Assembly (NCBI GenBank): GCA_046349315.1
Contig: JAXMCQ010000005.1
Coordinates: 161,701-225,700, forward strand
Length of the DNA: 64,000 nt
Direction: 5' to 3'
Origin: Hyphomicrobiales bacterium
GTDB lineage: Bacteria > Pseudomonadota > Alphaproteobacteria > Rhizobiales > Aestuariivirgaceae
Made by a program: the position numbers and the translations under genes. Below the pieces are notes generated by a model. That model ran no database searches. It saw only the letters and a list, made by a program, of their open reading frames with translations, and was not told the DNA's origin. Below are positions 1 through 8,281 of this stretch, piece after piece (the first letter of the stretch is position 1; each line of letters begins with the position of its first letter).

Positions 1-103
1 CTCCCATCATCGCCAGGCGACATTCTGAAGCTGTAAGCTTATAAGTGAAAGCCGGCTTGGGGAGGAGACAAATGAAGACGCGCTGTCACGCGCATGAAAT
101 GTC

Positions 104-128
104 CATGGCAGCCTTGAGCCCGCCATCC
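104..128. repeat. Hairpin repeat family C, copy 1 (CATGGCnGCC-TTGAG-nnnGCCATCC)
   Basis: The sequence is catggcagccttgagcccgccatcc. Related copies lie at 38761-38786 and 39202-39227. The arms ATGGC/GCCAT can pair. It sits 9 nt upstream of family A copy 1. Confidence 0.6.
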
Positions 129-137
129 GGCTGCATC

Positions 138-221
138 GTCATGCCAGCGGAAGCTGGCATCCCCTGACGCGGTGCCGCTAGCGGAAATGATTCAGGGGAC
201 CCCAGCTTTCGCTGGGGTGAC
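138..221. repeat. 84-bp palindromic MITE-like element, family A, copy 1
   Basis: It starts GTCATGCCAGCGGAAGCTGGCATCCCCTGA and ends TCAGGGGACCCCAGCTTTCGCTGGGGTGAC. These are ~30-bp imperfect terminal inverted repeats, and each is itself a stem-loop. The centre holds the palindrome CCGCTAGCGG. Same-orientation copies lie at 589-672 and 58330-58412. Confidence 0.85.
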
Positions 222-241
222 GGGATGGGTTAGCGTGCAGC

Positions 242-535
242 ATGGCCCGATCGCCTTGCGTCTACATAATGACCGACAAGCGACACGGCACGCTCTATGC
301 CGGCGTGAGCGCCGATCTGTCGCGGCGATCATGGGAGCACCGCGAAGGCCTCTACCCAGGTTTCACCAAGCGTTACGGGCTGAAATTGCTCATCTGGTAC
401 GAGTATCACGATCGCATGGAAGGAGCGATCGCGCGCGAGAAACAGATCAAATCATGGAAACGTGCCTGGAAGATTGAGCTGATCGAAAAGCTCAATCCGA
501 CCTGGCGTGATCTCTATGAGGAATTGAACCAGTAG
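242..535 (+). CDS. GIY-YIG nuclease family protein (small single-domain, 97 aa)
   Basis: ORF track, ATG at 242. The N-terminus CVYIMTDKRHGTLYAGVS...RRSWEH..G plus a conserved downstream Glu/Lys region fits the GIY-YIG fold (COG2827-like mini proteins). Confidence 0.85.
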   Translation: MARSPCVYIMTDKRHGTLYAGVSADLSRRSWEHREGLYPGFTKRYGLKLLIWYEYHDRMEGAIAREKQIKSWKRAWKIELIEKLNPTWRDLYEELNQ

Positions 536-588
536 CCGCCTTGCCAGCGAAAGCTATGTGACCGTTGAACCGCATTCCTTCCGACCCC

Positions 589-672
589 GTCATGCCAGCG
601 AAAGCTGGCATCCCCTGACGTGGTGCCGCTGGCGGAGATGATTCAGGGGGCCCCAGCTCTCGCTGGGGTGAC
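589..672. repeat. 84-bp palindromic MITE-like element, family A, copy 2
   Basis: By hand alignment it has 6 mismatches over 84 nt against copy 1, in the same orientation. A degenerate half-copy (ttgccagcgaaagctatgtg) lies at 541-560. It overlaps the 3' end of the ABC ATPase gene. Confidence 0.85.
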
Positions 673-2673
673 GGCAATGTTGTTTGGTGAAAGCAAATAA
701 CACCTTGCGCGGTGCGCCGCTTCAGGCGCGTTCCACTCCGGCATTTCATGCGCGCAAGGCTCGATGCGCTTGTTGCAACGACCGGCATAAGGGCAACCCC
801 GCGATACGATGTCATCGCTGTCGCGCGCCAATGCCGCACGATCGATCCTGTGATGCGTGTCAGGCTCGAGCACCGCAGCGATGAGCGCTTGCGTATAGGG
901 ATGAAGCGGCGCGCCGCACACCTGATGCGACGGCCCCAACTCGACCAGGCGCCCGCGATAGAGAACCGCGATGCGATGCGCCAATGCTTGGACGACGGCA
1001 AGGTCATGCGAGACGAGAATGCAGGCAACATGCCGCTTGCTGCTCAACTCGCGCAGCAAGCGCAGCACCGAGGCTTGCACCGAAACATCGAGCGCCGACG
1101 TCACCTCATCACAGAGTATGACGTCCGGTTCAGCGGCAAAGGCCCGCGCAATCGCCACGCGCTGGCGCTCGCCGCCCGATAATTGCCCGGGATAGCGGCC
1201 AAGATAGCTCTCATCGAGCCTGACATCGCGCAATAGCGTAGCAGCCCGTTCCCTCACCTCGGCACGCGATGATTTGAAATAGAGCCGCAAGGGCTGGGCA
1301 AGGATTTCTTCGATCGTCTGGCGCGGATTAAGCGAGGCATCCGGGTTCTGGAAGACGAGCTGAATAGCCCGCAATGTCGAGGATGATCTTTCATCGACCG
1401 GCACGGCGAGGTCGATCTTGTCTTCGAATTCGATCCGCCCGCGCGCCAACGGCCAGAGACCCGCAAGCACCTTGAGGATGGTCGACTTGCCGCTTCCCGA
1501 TTCACCGACCAATCCCAATACTTCGCCCTTGCGCAATTCGAGCGTGATGCCCTCAACCGTCATCGGCACGTTGCGTGCGGGCAAGAACCGGTCGAACAGG
1601 CCGGGACGGCGATAGGTCACCGATACCGACTCAAGGTCGAGCAACGCCTTGTCGCCGATAATTTTAGGCGGCCCATCATCATGAGTCACAGCAATCGCGA
1701 GCGCGCCGGTCTCCGGATAAAAGCAGGCGACATGGCCGGCCATCACCTCGCGCAGTTCCGGGGCAGCGGCGAGGCATTGCGATTGCGCCTTCGAGCAGCG
1801 CGGCGCGAAGCGGCAGCCGGGCAGTTTCTGACCCGGCGCCGGCGGTCTTCCCGGGATCGATTGCGGGATCGTCGCGCTGTCGAGCCGCGGGATCGAACCC
1901 AAGAGTGCGCGGGCATAAGGATGCGCCGGCTGCGCCAGGAGATCGGAGGTGGCGCGCTCTTCGACGATCCGGCCGGCATACATGACAACCATGCGTGCGC
2001 TCAATCGCGCGATGACGCCGAGGTCATGGCTGACGCAGACCATTGCCATGCCGGTTGCATCGCGCAATTCAATCAGGAGATCGAGAATGCCGAGCTGTGT
2101 CGTGACATCGAGGCCGGTTGTCGGTTCATCGAGGAGGAGGAGTTCGGGCTCGCCCGCAAGCGCCATCGCGACGGCAACGCGCTGCAACTGGCCGCCCGAC
2201 AATTCATGCGGATAGCGGCGCACCATGAGATCAGGAGTCGGCAGGCGTACGCGCCGCAGGAGATCGATAACGCGCTTGCTGCGCTCGGTTGCGTTGAGTT
2301 TGGTGTGAAGCCGCAAGGCCTCGCCGATCTGCGCGCCGATGCGCGATGTCGGCGTCAAGGCCGTGCCGGCATTCTGCGGCACCAGCGCCATGCGGCCGCC
2401 GCGAATATGAGACAGCGCCGCATCATCGCGATTGAGAAGCTCGGTGTCCTCGAACCGGCAATGACCGCCGGCATGGAAAAGACCGGGCTTGATGATGCCC
2501 ATCATGGCAAGCAGCAAGGTGCTTTTCCCGCAGCCGGACTCGCCTGCAATGCCGAGCGTCTCGCCTTTCGCAAGCGAGAGCGAGACATGATCGACGATCG
2601 GCGCCGGGCCTGTTGCAAGCGGCATGGCGATCGTGAGATCGGAGACTTCGAGGAGCGGCAGTCGTTTGCTCAC
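643..2673 (-). CDS. ABC transporter ATP-binding protein, fused double ATPase (Dpp/Opp peptide/nickel type)
   Basis: ORF 643..3153 trimmed to the GTG at 2671-2673, which overlaps the upstream permease stop (GTGA). It has two Walker A motifs (GESGCGKST, GESGSGKST) and two signature motifs (LSGGQLQR, LSGGERQR). The last ~10 codons and the TGA lie inside repeat copy 2. Confidence 0.9.
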   Translation of the reverse strand: MSKRLPLLEVSDLTIAMPLATGPAPIVDHVSLSLAKGETLGIAGESGCGKSTLLLAMMGIIKPGLFHAGGHCRFEDTELLNRDDAALSHIRGGRMALVPQNAGTALTPTSRIGAQIGEALRLHTKLNATERSKRVIDLLRRVRLPTPDLMVRRYPHELSGGQLQRVAVAMALAGEPELLLLDEPTTGLDVTTQLGILDLLIELRDATGMAMVCVSHDLGVIARLSARMVVMYAGRIVEERATSDLLAQPAHPYARALLGSIPRLDSATIPQSIPGRPPAPGQKLPGCRFAPRCSKAQSQCLAAAPELREVMAGHVACFYPETGALAIAVTHDDGPPKIIGDKALLDLESVSVTYRRPGLFDRFLPARNVPMTVEGITLELRKGEVLGLVGESGSGKSTILKVLAGLWPLARGRIEFEDKIDLAVPVDERSSSTLRAIQLVFQNPDASLNPRQTIEEILAQPLRLYFKSSRAEVRERAATLLRDVRLDESYLGRYPGQLSGGERQRVAIARAFAAEPDVILCDEVTSALDVSVQASVLRLLRELSSKRHVACILVSHDLAVVQALAHRIAVLYRGRLVELGPSHQVCGAPLHPYTQALIAAVLEPDTHHRIDRAALARDSDDIVSRGCPYAGRCNKRIEPCAHEMPEWNAPEAAHRARCYLLSPNNIAVTPARAGAP

Positions 2674-3521
2674 GGCACCGGCGACCTTTGCACACGATCG
2701 ACGCCCAGGACCTTGGCCAGCGAATCGACCGCGAGATTGATGCCGATGATGAGGCTGCTGAGCGCCAGCATCGGCCACACCGCCGTCCAGGGAGCGGCTG
2801 CCATGACGCCGCGCGCATCCGAGATCATCAAGCCCCAATCGGGCGCTGGCGGCGCGACTCCCATACCGAGAAAGGAGAGCGAGCTGACGGCAAGGATGAT
2901 CCACGACCATTGCATGGCGCCCTGCACGGCGAGACTGTCGCGCACATTGGGGAGCAGTTCTTTCAGGATGATGGTCCGGCGCGTTTCGCCGCGCGCCTTC
3001 GCCGCGAGAACGAAATCGCGGGTGACGAAATCGAGTGCGGCACTGCGTGCGAGATAGATGACGGAAAGCCCATAGGAGAAACCGAGCACCGGGATCAGCG
3101 CTGTCGTGCCGGTACCAAGGGCTGCGACGAAAATCATGACGATCAGGATCCACGGGATCGACATCAAGGCATCGGTGCAGCGCATGACGATTTCATCGAG
3201 GCGGCCGCCGACCAGAGCGACGACGATGCCGAGAATGGCACCCCAGATCATTGCAACGATCGTCGCGGCCGTGCTGATCAGCATCGCCTCGCGCCCGCCG
3301 AGCAATGTGCGGGCGAAGACGTCGCGGCCGAGACGGTCGGTTCCGAACCAATGTGCGGCCGACGGCGCTTGCAGGATCGCATCGACATCCTGCTGCGCAT
3401 AATCATAGGGCGCGATCGCCGGGCCGATGATGGCGATAAGGATATGGAAGAGCACGATGCCGAGCCCGATCGCCCCCGAGGGCCGCGAGACGAGATTGCG
3501 CATGAGGGCGACGCCGCTCAT
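2670..3521 (-). CDS. ABC transporter permease (DppC/OppC-like)
   Basis: ORF 2670..4268 trimmed to the ATG at 3519-3521 (ATGA overlap with the upstream stop). The 283-aa product is multi-TM and looks like a binding-protein-dependent permease. Confidence 0.88.
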   Translation of the reverse strand: MSGVALMRNLVSRPSGAIGLGIVLFHILIAIIGPAIAPYDYAQQDVDAILQAPSAAHWFGTDRLGRDVFARTLLGGREAMLISTAATIVAMIWGAILGIVVALVGGRLDEIVMRCTDALMSIPWILIVMIFVAALGTGTTALIPVLGFSYGLSVIYLARSAALDFVTRDFVLAAKARGETRRTIILKELLPNVRDSLAVQGAMQWSWIILAVSSLSFLGMGVAPPAPDWGLMISDARGVMAAAPWTAVWPMLALSSLIIGINLAVDSLAKVLGVDRVQRSPVP

Positions 3522-4468
3522 GCCCGGTGCGTGCGCAGGCGCGGATTGAGGAACAGCGCCAGGAGGTCGGCGCCAAGATTGGTGAGGATGTAGATCGCGC
3601 CGAGGAGCAGCGCGATCGCCTGCACCAAGGGCAGGTCGCGGTCGGAGACGGCATCGACGGCCAATCGGCCGAGTCCAGGGTAATTGAACACGCTTTCGAC
3701 GATGACCACGCCGCCGAGCAACCAGGCGACGGTGAGCCCGATGACGCTGATCGCCGGCAATAGCGAATTGGGCAAGACATGGCGCAAGACGATCTGGCGG
3801 AAGGGCACGCCTTTCAATCGCGCCATCAGCACGAAATCGCTGCCCATGACGTCGATCACCGACGAGCGCACCATGCGCAGGATGTGCGCGGTGAGGATCA
3901 GGCTCAATGTGGCAACCGGCAGCACGGTGCTTGCCAGAAGCTGCATGATCGGCGCCTTGTAGCCCGCCGTCACGACCCCCGCCGTCCAGCCGAGCGTCAC
4001 CGAAAAGACCAGGATCAGGATTGTCGCGGAAACGAATTCGGGGATTGTCATCGCAAAGATCGCCGTTGCCGACACTGCAAGGTCGAAGGGCCGATCGCGA
4101 TAGAGCCCGCACAGAAAGCCTAGGAAAATCGCAATCGGAATGCCGACGATGGCCGCGGCGGCGGCGAGAACGACGGTGTTGCGCAAGCGCCAGCCGACGA
4201 TCTCGGTGATTGGCTTTTCGCGCTGCATGGAGGTTCCGAGATCGCCGGTGAGGACGCCCCCCGCCCATTCCAAGAAGCGTTCCGGCGCCGGCCGGTTGAG
4301 CCCCATCCGCTCGCGGCAGTTCTCGAGCGCCGCACCCTTGCCTTCGCGGCCGAGAAAGGCCGTGCAGGCATCGCCCGGCATGAGTTCGAGGCAGGCGAAC
4401 ACCATGACCGCAATGAAGACCAGCGTGAAGAGCGCCGATCCGATACGCTGGATGATCAGCCGCAGCAC
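3518..4468 (-). CDS. ABC transporter permease (DppB/OppB-like)
   Basis: 316-aa ORF with a GTG start. The N-terminus LRLIIQRIGSALFTLVFIAVMVF is typical of DppB/OppB permeases. Confidence 0.9.
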   Translation of the reverse strand: MLRLIIQRIGSALFTLVFIAVMVFACLELMPGDACTAFLGREGKGAALENCRERMGLNRPAPERFLEWAGGVLTGDLGTSMQREKPITEIVGWRLRNTVVLAAAAAIVGIPIAIFLGFLCGLYRDRPFDLAVSATAIFAMTIPEFVSATILILVFSVTLGWTAGVVTAGYKAPIMQLLASTVLPVATLSLILTAHILRMVRSSVIDVMGSDFVLMARLKGVPFRQIVLRHVLPNSLLPAISVIGLTVAWLLGGVVIVESVFNYPGLGRLAVDAVSDRDLPLVQAIALLLGAIYILTNLGADLLALFLNPRLRTHRA

Positions 4469-4480
4469 GGCCTGCTGCGC

Positions 4481-5974
4481 CTATTCAGCCTTGTCGACGA
4501 GATTCCAGCGGATGTAGTCCTCGGCCAAGGGTTTGATGCCGGTGATCTTGTTGGTCATCACGCGTGTGCCGTTCTGGAGATAGGGGATGAAAGTCCCTCC
4601 CTCCTCGAAGAGCAGCTTCTGCGCATCGCCATAGGCTTTCTTCGCTTCGTTGAAATCAAGCGAACTCCGCGCCTTGTCGAGCGCCGCATCAAAATTCTTG
4701 TTGCTGAAATAGCTTTCGTTCCACGAACTGCCGGTACGATAGGCTTCGTTCAGGATCTGGTCGGCGGGACGTTCGCTCCACGACGTCACCGAAGCCGGCT
4801 TCTTCATCCACACATCGTCCCAATAGCCATCCGACGGAGCGAGATCAACCTTGGCGCGGATACCGGCCTTGGCGACCTGTTGCTGGTAGATCTCGGCGAA
4901 TTGCACCATTCCGGGTTCGAGATCAGCCGTGCTCACCTCGATATCGATGCCATCGGGAAACCCCGCCTCGGCAAGGAGCTTCTTCGCCAATTCGATATCC
5001 TGCGGGCAAGAAATATCGGCATGATAGGGATCGCTCGACTTCACAGGCACGTCGCAGGTGACGCTGGCATTGCCTTCGCCCACCATCAGCTTGATGATTT
5101 CGTCGCGATTGACGGCAACGCGAATGGCCTTGCGTACCTTAGGATCCGTAAAGGGCGCGGTATCGGTGCGAAATGCGATGCCGTACCAGTCGCCAGCCGG
5201 GAAGCTTTGCACGACGAAATTCGGATTGGATTTGTAGGCAGGTTCCTGGTCGCGCGTCACCGAGCCGATATCAAGCTGGCCTGCGAGCATGGCCTGGTTC
5301 CTCGCTTCGCTGTCGGGAATGGCCGTGAATTCGACGCGATCGAGCTTTGGCGCGCCTTCCCAGTAGTCTTTATTGGCGATAAGCACTGTCTTGCCTTCAG
5401 GGTCGTAGCTTTCAAGCTTGAACGGCCCGGTGCCGATGCCGAGCTTGTCATTCGTTGGGCCTGCGCCTTCCGGCAGCATGCGCACGCGATAGTCAAGCAG
5501 CAGCACGGGAAGCCCTGCATGCGGCGAGGAAAGCACGATCTTCGCCGTCAACGGATCGACCACTTCGACATGGTCGATCATGCCCAGCACGGAAGCCACG
5601 GGAGATTCCAATGCCGGATCCTTGATCCGCTCGAGCGTGAATTTGACATCCTTCGCATCGAAGTCGCTGCCGTCGTGGAATTTGACGCCGGGCTGCAACT
5701 TGATCGTCCACTCCGTTGCATCGGCATTGGGCGTCCAGCTCACCGCAAGTTCGGGCACCGGCGAACCATTGTCATCCTGCCGAACAAGGCGGCTATAGAT
5801 CATGTCGTTGACCTCGTAGAAACGATTGGGGGAGATCGGATCGATGCTCTCCTTGCCGCCATAGCTCAGGTCATTGGCGCGAAAGAGCACCTTCTCGGCA
5901 TATGCATATCCTGCCCCTGCCGTCGACAGCATCAATGCCAAAGCGATCGCGCCAAGCCGTCCTGCGATTGTCAT
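4481..5974 (-). CDS. ABC transporter substrate-binding protein, family 5 (peptide/nickel)
   Basis: 497 aa with signal peptide MTIAGRLGAIALALMLSTAGAGYAYA. It is the first gene of the minus-strand operon 643-5974. Confidence 0.9.
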   Translation of the reverse strand: MTIAGRLGAIALALMLSTAGAGYAYAEKVLFRANDLSYGGKESIDPISPNRFYEVNDMIYSRLVRQDDNGSPVPELAVSWTPNADATEWTIKLQPGVKFHDGSDFDAKDVKFTLERIKDPALESPVASVLGMIDHVEVVDPLTAKIVLSSPHAGLPVLLLDYRVRMLPEGAGPTNDKLGIGTGPFKLESYDPEGKTVLIANKDYWEGAPKLDRVEFTAIPDSEARNQAMLAGQLDIGSVTRDQEPAYKSNPNFVVQSFPAGDWYGIAFRTDTAPFTDPKVRKAIRVAVNRDEIIKLMVGEGNASVTCDVPVKSSDPYHADISCPQDIELAKKLLAEAGFPDGIDIEVSTADLEPGMVQFAEIYQQQVAKAGIRAKVDLAPSDGYWDDVWMKKPASVTSWSERPADQILNEAYRTGSSWNESYFSNKNFDAALDKARSSLDFNEAKKAYGDAQKLLFEEGGTFIPYLQNGTRVMTNKITGIKPLAEDYIRWNLVDKAE

Positions 5975-6033
5975 GAGATCCCCTGTATAGACTTTGGGCG
6001 GGATCTGGCGCCCGCCCTTGTGTTTGCCCTAAT

Positions 6034-6059
6034 AAGTGACGTACCCAAGTGACTTACCC
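6034..6059. promoter_or_regulatory. Tandem 13-bp direct repeat in divergent promoter region
   Basis: aagtgacgtaccc / aagtgacttaccc, followed by aag. It lies between the SBP start (5974) and the EEP gene start (6121). Confidence 0.35.
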
Positions 6060-6120
6060 AAGCTAACAACTTGATGACGGACTGGCAAATCGCCGCAACA
6101 GGCGAAGGGGAGAGACCTGC

Positions 6121-7017
6121 GTGTTGATCGTGACCTACAATATCCAATGGGGCATGGGGCAGGATGGGATTGTCGATCTTGCGCGCATCGCTCGCACTGT
6201 CGGCGACGCCGATATCATCTGCCTGCAGGAAGTCGAGCGCGATTGGCGCAAAGGTCCGGATGCGGAAGAAGTGCAGCGGCTTTGCGAATTACTGCCGCGC
6301 CATTTCTGCGCCTTTGCACCGGCAGTCGATCTCGATAACAGCCGCGTCGAAACCGATGGGCGGGTGCATAATGGCCGACGCCAGTATGGCAACCTTACAT
6401 TGTCCCGCTGGCCGATCATGTCCATACGCATATTCCCGCTCACCAAATATCCCGTCTATGGCCATGTCAACGACGCTTCGGTTCTTCTGGAGACCGTCGT
6501 TCAACATGAGAGTGCGCCGTTCCGCGTCTACAACACACACCTCAATTATCTCTCCGCGCGGCAAAGATTGATCCAGGCTAAGGAAGTACTCGCCGTAATC
6601 GCGGACGCGCCCCGCCAAGGCGGATTGGTGACGGGGCCTGGAGCCGCCGACGACCAATTCGGTGCCGACTGGATGGTGCTGCATCGCCACGAGATTCCTG
6701 GCATGCCGCGCCCCGCCTTGCTGATGGGCGATTTCAACATGCGCACCAATTCGGCCGAATATGATGTATTGGCGGGCCTGCCCGATTCCTTTTACGGCCG
6801 CCTTCACGAGGATGATCTTTTTGCGGACGCCCTTACCCTCGCCGGACTTCCCGAGACGGAAGGCGTGACGCATCCAGAAGCCGATCGGACCGGCCTCAGA
6901 CGGATCGACCACATCTTCATGACGAATGACTTCATCCCGCATTTCAAACGCGCCTGGATCGATAATGAAGCCGATGGCTCGGACCACCAGCCGGTGTGGC
7001 TTGAACTTAATTATTGA
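6121..7017 (+). CDS. Endonuclease/exonuclease/phosphatase (EEP) family protein
   Basis: 298 aa with a GTG start preceded by GGGGAGAG. The N-terminal VTYNIQWG and C-terminal GSDHQPVW motifs are typical of the EEP fold. Confidence 0.85.
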   Translation: MLIVTYNIQWGMGQDGIVDLARIARTVGDADIICLQEVERDWRKGPDAEEVQRLCELLPRHFCAFAPAVDLDNSRVETDGRVHNGRRQYGNLTLSRWPIMSIRIFPLTKYPVYGHVNDASVLLETVVQHESAPFRVYNTHLNYLSARQRLIQAKEVLAVIADAPRQGGLVTGPGAADDQFGADWMVLHRHEIPGMPRPALLMGDFNMRTNSAEYDVLAGLPDSFYGRLHEDDLFADALTLAGLPETEGVTHPEADRTGLRRIDHIFMTNDFIPHFKRAWIDNEADGSDHQPVWLELNY

Positions 7018-7029
7018 GGGAGAGCACCC

Positions 7030-8163
7030 TCACTCCTGGCCGCGCTGATCACCGGTGCGGCCGATCGCGATGAGATCGCCGGGGAGCACGGGGCGCTCCG
7101 GCAAGACGACCTCGATCGTCCGCTCCTCGCCGTCGCGCCAGACCTTGACGGTTAGCTTGTCGCCCACCTTGAGCGAGCGCACCACGCCCAGAACATCGTC
7201 GATCGTCTCGAGCTTCTGTCCGTTCACGCTGGTGATGATGTCGCCACCGGCCAGATACTCCTCACTGCCGATCGTCATTGGCAGCAAGCCGCCATGCAGA
7301 CCGCTTTTTTCTGCGGGACTCCCCGGTTCGATCGTCTCAACCATGAGCCCCGCCGGCATTTCGAAGAAAGCGATGAAGAGATCGGGGACGATCTTGCCGT
7401 TGATGCCGTGCCACGGCCGCACCACATGACCTTTGCTGATCAATTGCGGCACGATGTCGGAAAGGGCGGAGGAAGGAATGGCGAAGGCCACGTTGTCGGC
7501 TTTCTGGCCGCTCAATGTCATCATGCCGATGACCCGACCGCATAGATCGACCAAGGGGCCGCCGGAATTCCCGGGATTGACTGCCGCATCGGTCTGGATC
7601 AGCGGCGTCAGCCAGCTCATGGTTGTAACCGGGACTTTCCTGTTAAGGCCGGAAATGATCCCGCGGCTCGCGCTCTTCTCCAGTTCGAAGGGATAGCCGA
7701 CGGTCAGAACCTCCTGACCGATCTCCAAATTCTGCGACTCCCCGAAAGCGGCTGCCGGCCATTTCACTTCTTCTTCGCCATCGCTGACCTTGATGACCGC
7801 GATGTCGGACAGCGGATCGGCACCCACGATTACCGCGGGATAGGCACCTTCCCCGTCCGCCGACACGAGAAGCTGCTTCGCGCCATAGACCACATGCGCA
7901 TTGGTGACGATGTTGCCTTTGTCGTCGAAGACAATGCCGGCGCCCGTCTCCATCTGGACGCGGTCCTTGATGTCGAAGGATTCGATCGACACCGAGAATA
8001 TCCGTACCACCGATGGCGCAATGATACGGAAGGCCTCGGCGGCCGAGTTCTTCTCGCAAGCTGGCGCCGCGTTCGCTGCGGGATTGAGCCACAGGCCGGC
8101 CATCAGCGAGAATACGGCGAGGAAAAATCGACGATGAACAGAAAGGGCGACTGTGAGGTGCAT
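7030..8163 (-). CDS. Trypsin-like serine protease with PDZ domain (S1C, DegP/HtrA-like)
   Basis: 377 aa with an N-terminal signal/anchor. The triad contexts are TNAHVV, DIAVIKV and GNSGGPL. The C-terminal region is PDZ-like. Confidence 0.9.
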   Translation of the reverse strand: MHLTVALSVHRRFFLAVFSLMAGLWLNPAANAAPACEKNSAAEAFRIIAPSVVRIFSVSIESFDIKDRVQMETGAGIVFDDKGNIVTNAHVVYGAKQLLVSADGEGAYPAVIVGADPLSDIAVIKVSDGEEEVKWPAAAFGESQNLEIGQEVLTVGYPFELEKSASRGIISGLNRKVPVTTMSWLTPLIQTDAAVNPGNSGGPLVDLCGRVIGMMTLSGQKADNVAFAIPSSALSDIVPQLISKGHVVRPWHGINGKIVPDLFIAFFEMPAGLMVETIEPGSPAEKSGLHGGLLPMTIGSEEYLAGGDIITSVNGQKLETIDDVLGVVRSLKVGDKLTVKVWRDGEERTIEVVLPERPVLPGDLIAIGRTGDQRGQE

Positions 8164-8229
8164 GGCACAAAGCTTCCCAGGAAGGCAAAGCCCTACTATG
8201 CCACCTTACACAAGCCTTTGATGCATATC

Positions 8230-8257
8230 AAAAAACCGCCAAGCTAAGGCTTGGCGG
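8230..8257 (-). terminator. Rho-independent terminator downstream of the alpha-2-macroglobulin gene
   Basis: On the minus strand: CCGCCAAGC-cuua-GCUUGGCGG followed by UUUUUU (plus-strand A-run 8230-8235). Confidence 0.75.
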
Positions 8258-8281
8258 TCATTGACGCTTAATGACGACGGC

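Noticed and set aside
1-36. Possible 3' end of a plus-strand gene (frame 1 reads LPSSPGDILKL-stop)
   Set aside because: With only 11 codons visible there is no way to support a call.
72-167. 31-codon ORF (MKTRCHAHEMSMAALSPPSGCIVMPAEAGIP) with a strong GGAGGAG SD 6 nt upstream
   Set aside because: Two thirds of it is encoded by repeat families C and A, including its stop codon. Without conservation data I cannot support it as a gene, but a repeat-borne micro-ORF is not excluded.
172-477. 101-aa ORF overlapping the GIY-YIG gene in another frame
   Set aside because: It starts inside repeat copy 1 at a GTG, and the GIY-YIG frame has clear family motifs.
1681-3057. 458-aa plus-strand ORF opposite the ABC ATPase/permease genes
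   Set aside because: It is Arg/Ala-rich with low complexity and no motifs, and it lies fully antisense to genes with clear ABC motifs. This is a typical high-GC shadow ORF.
4880-6052. 390-aa plus-strand ORF opposite the family-5 SBP gene
   Set aside because: It is an antisense shadow ORF; the minus-strand product has a signal peptide and a coherent SBP sequence.
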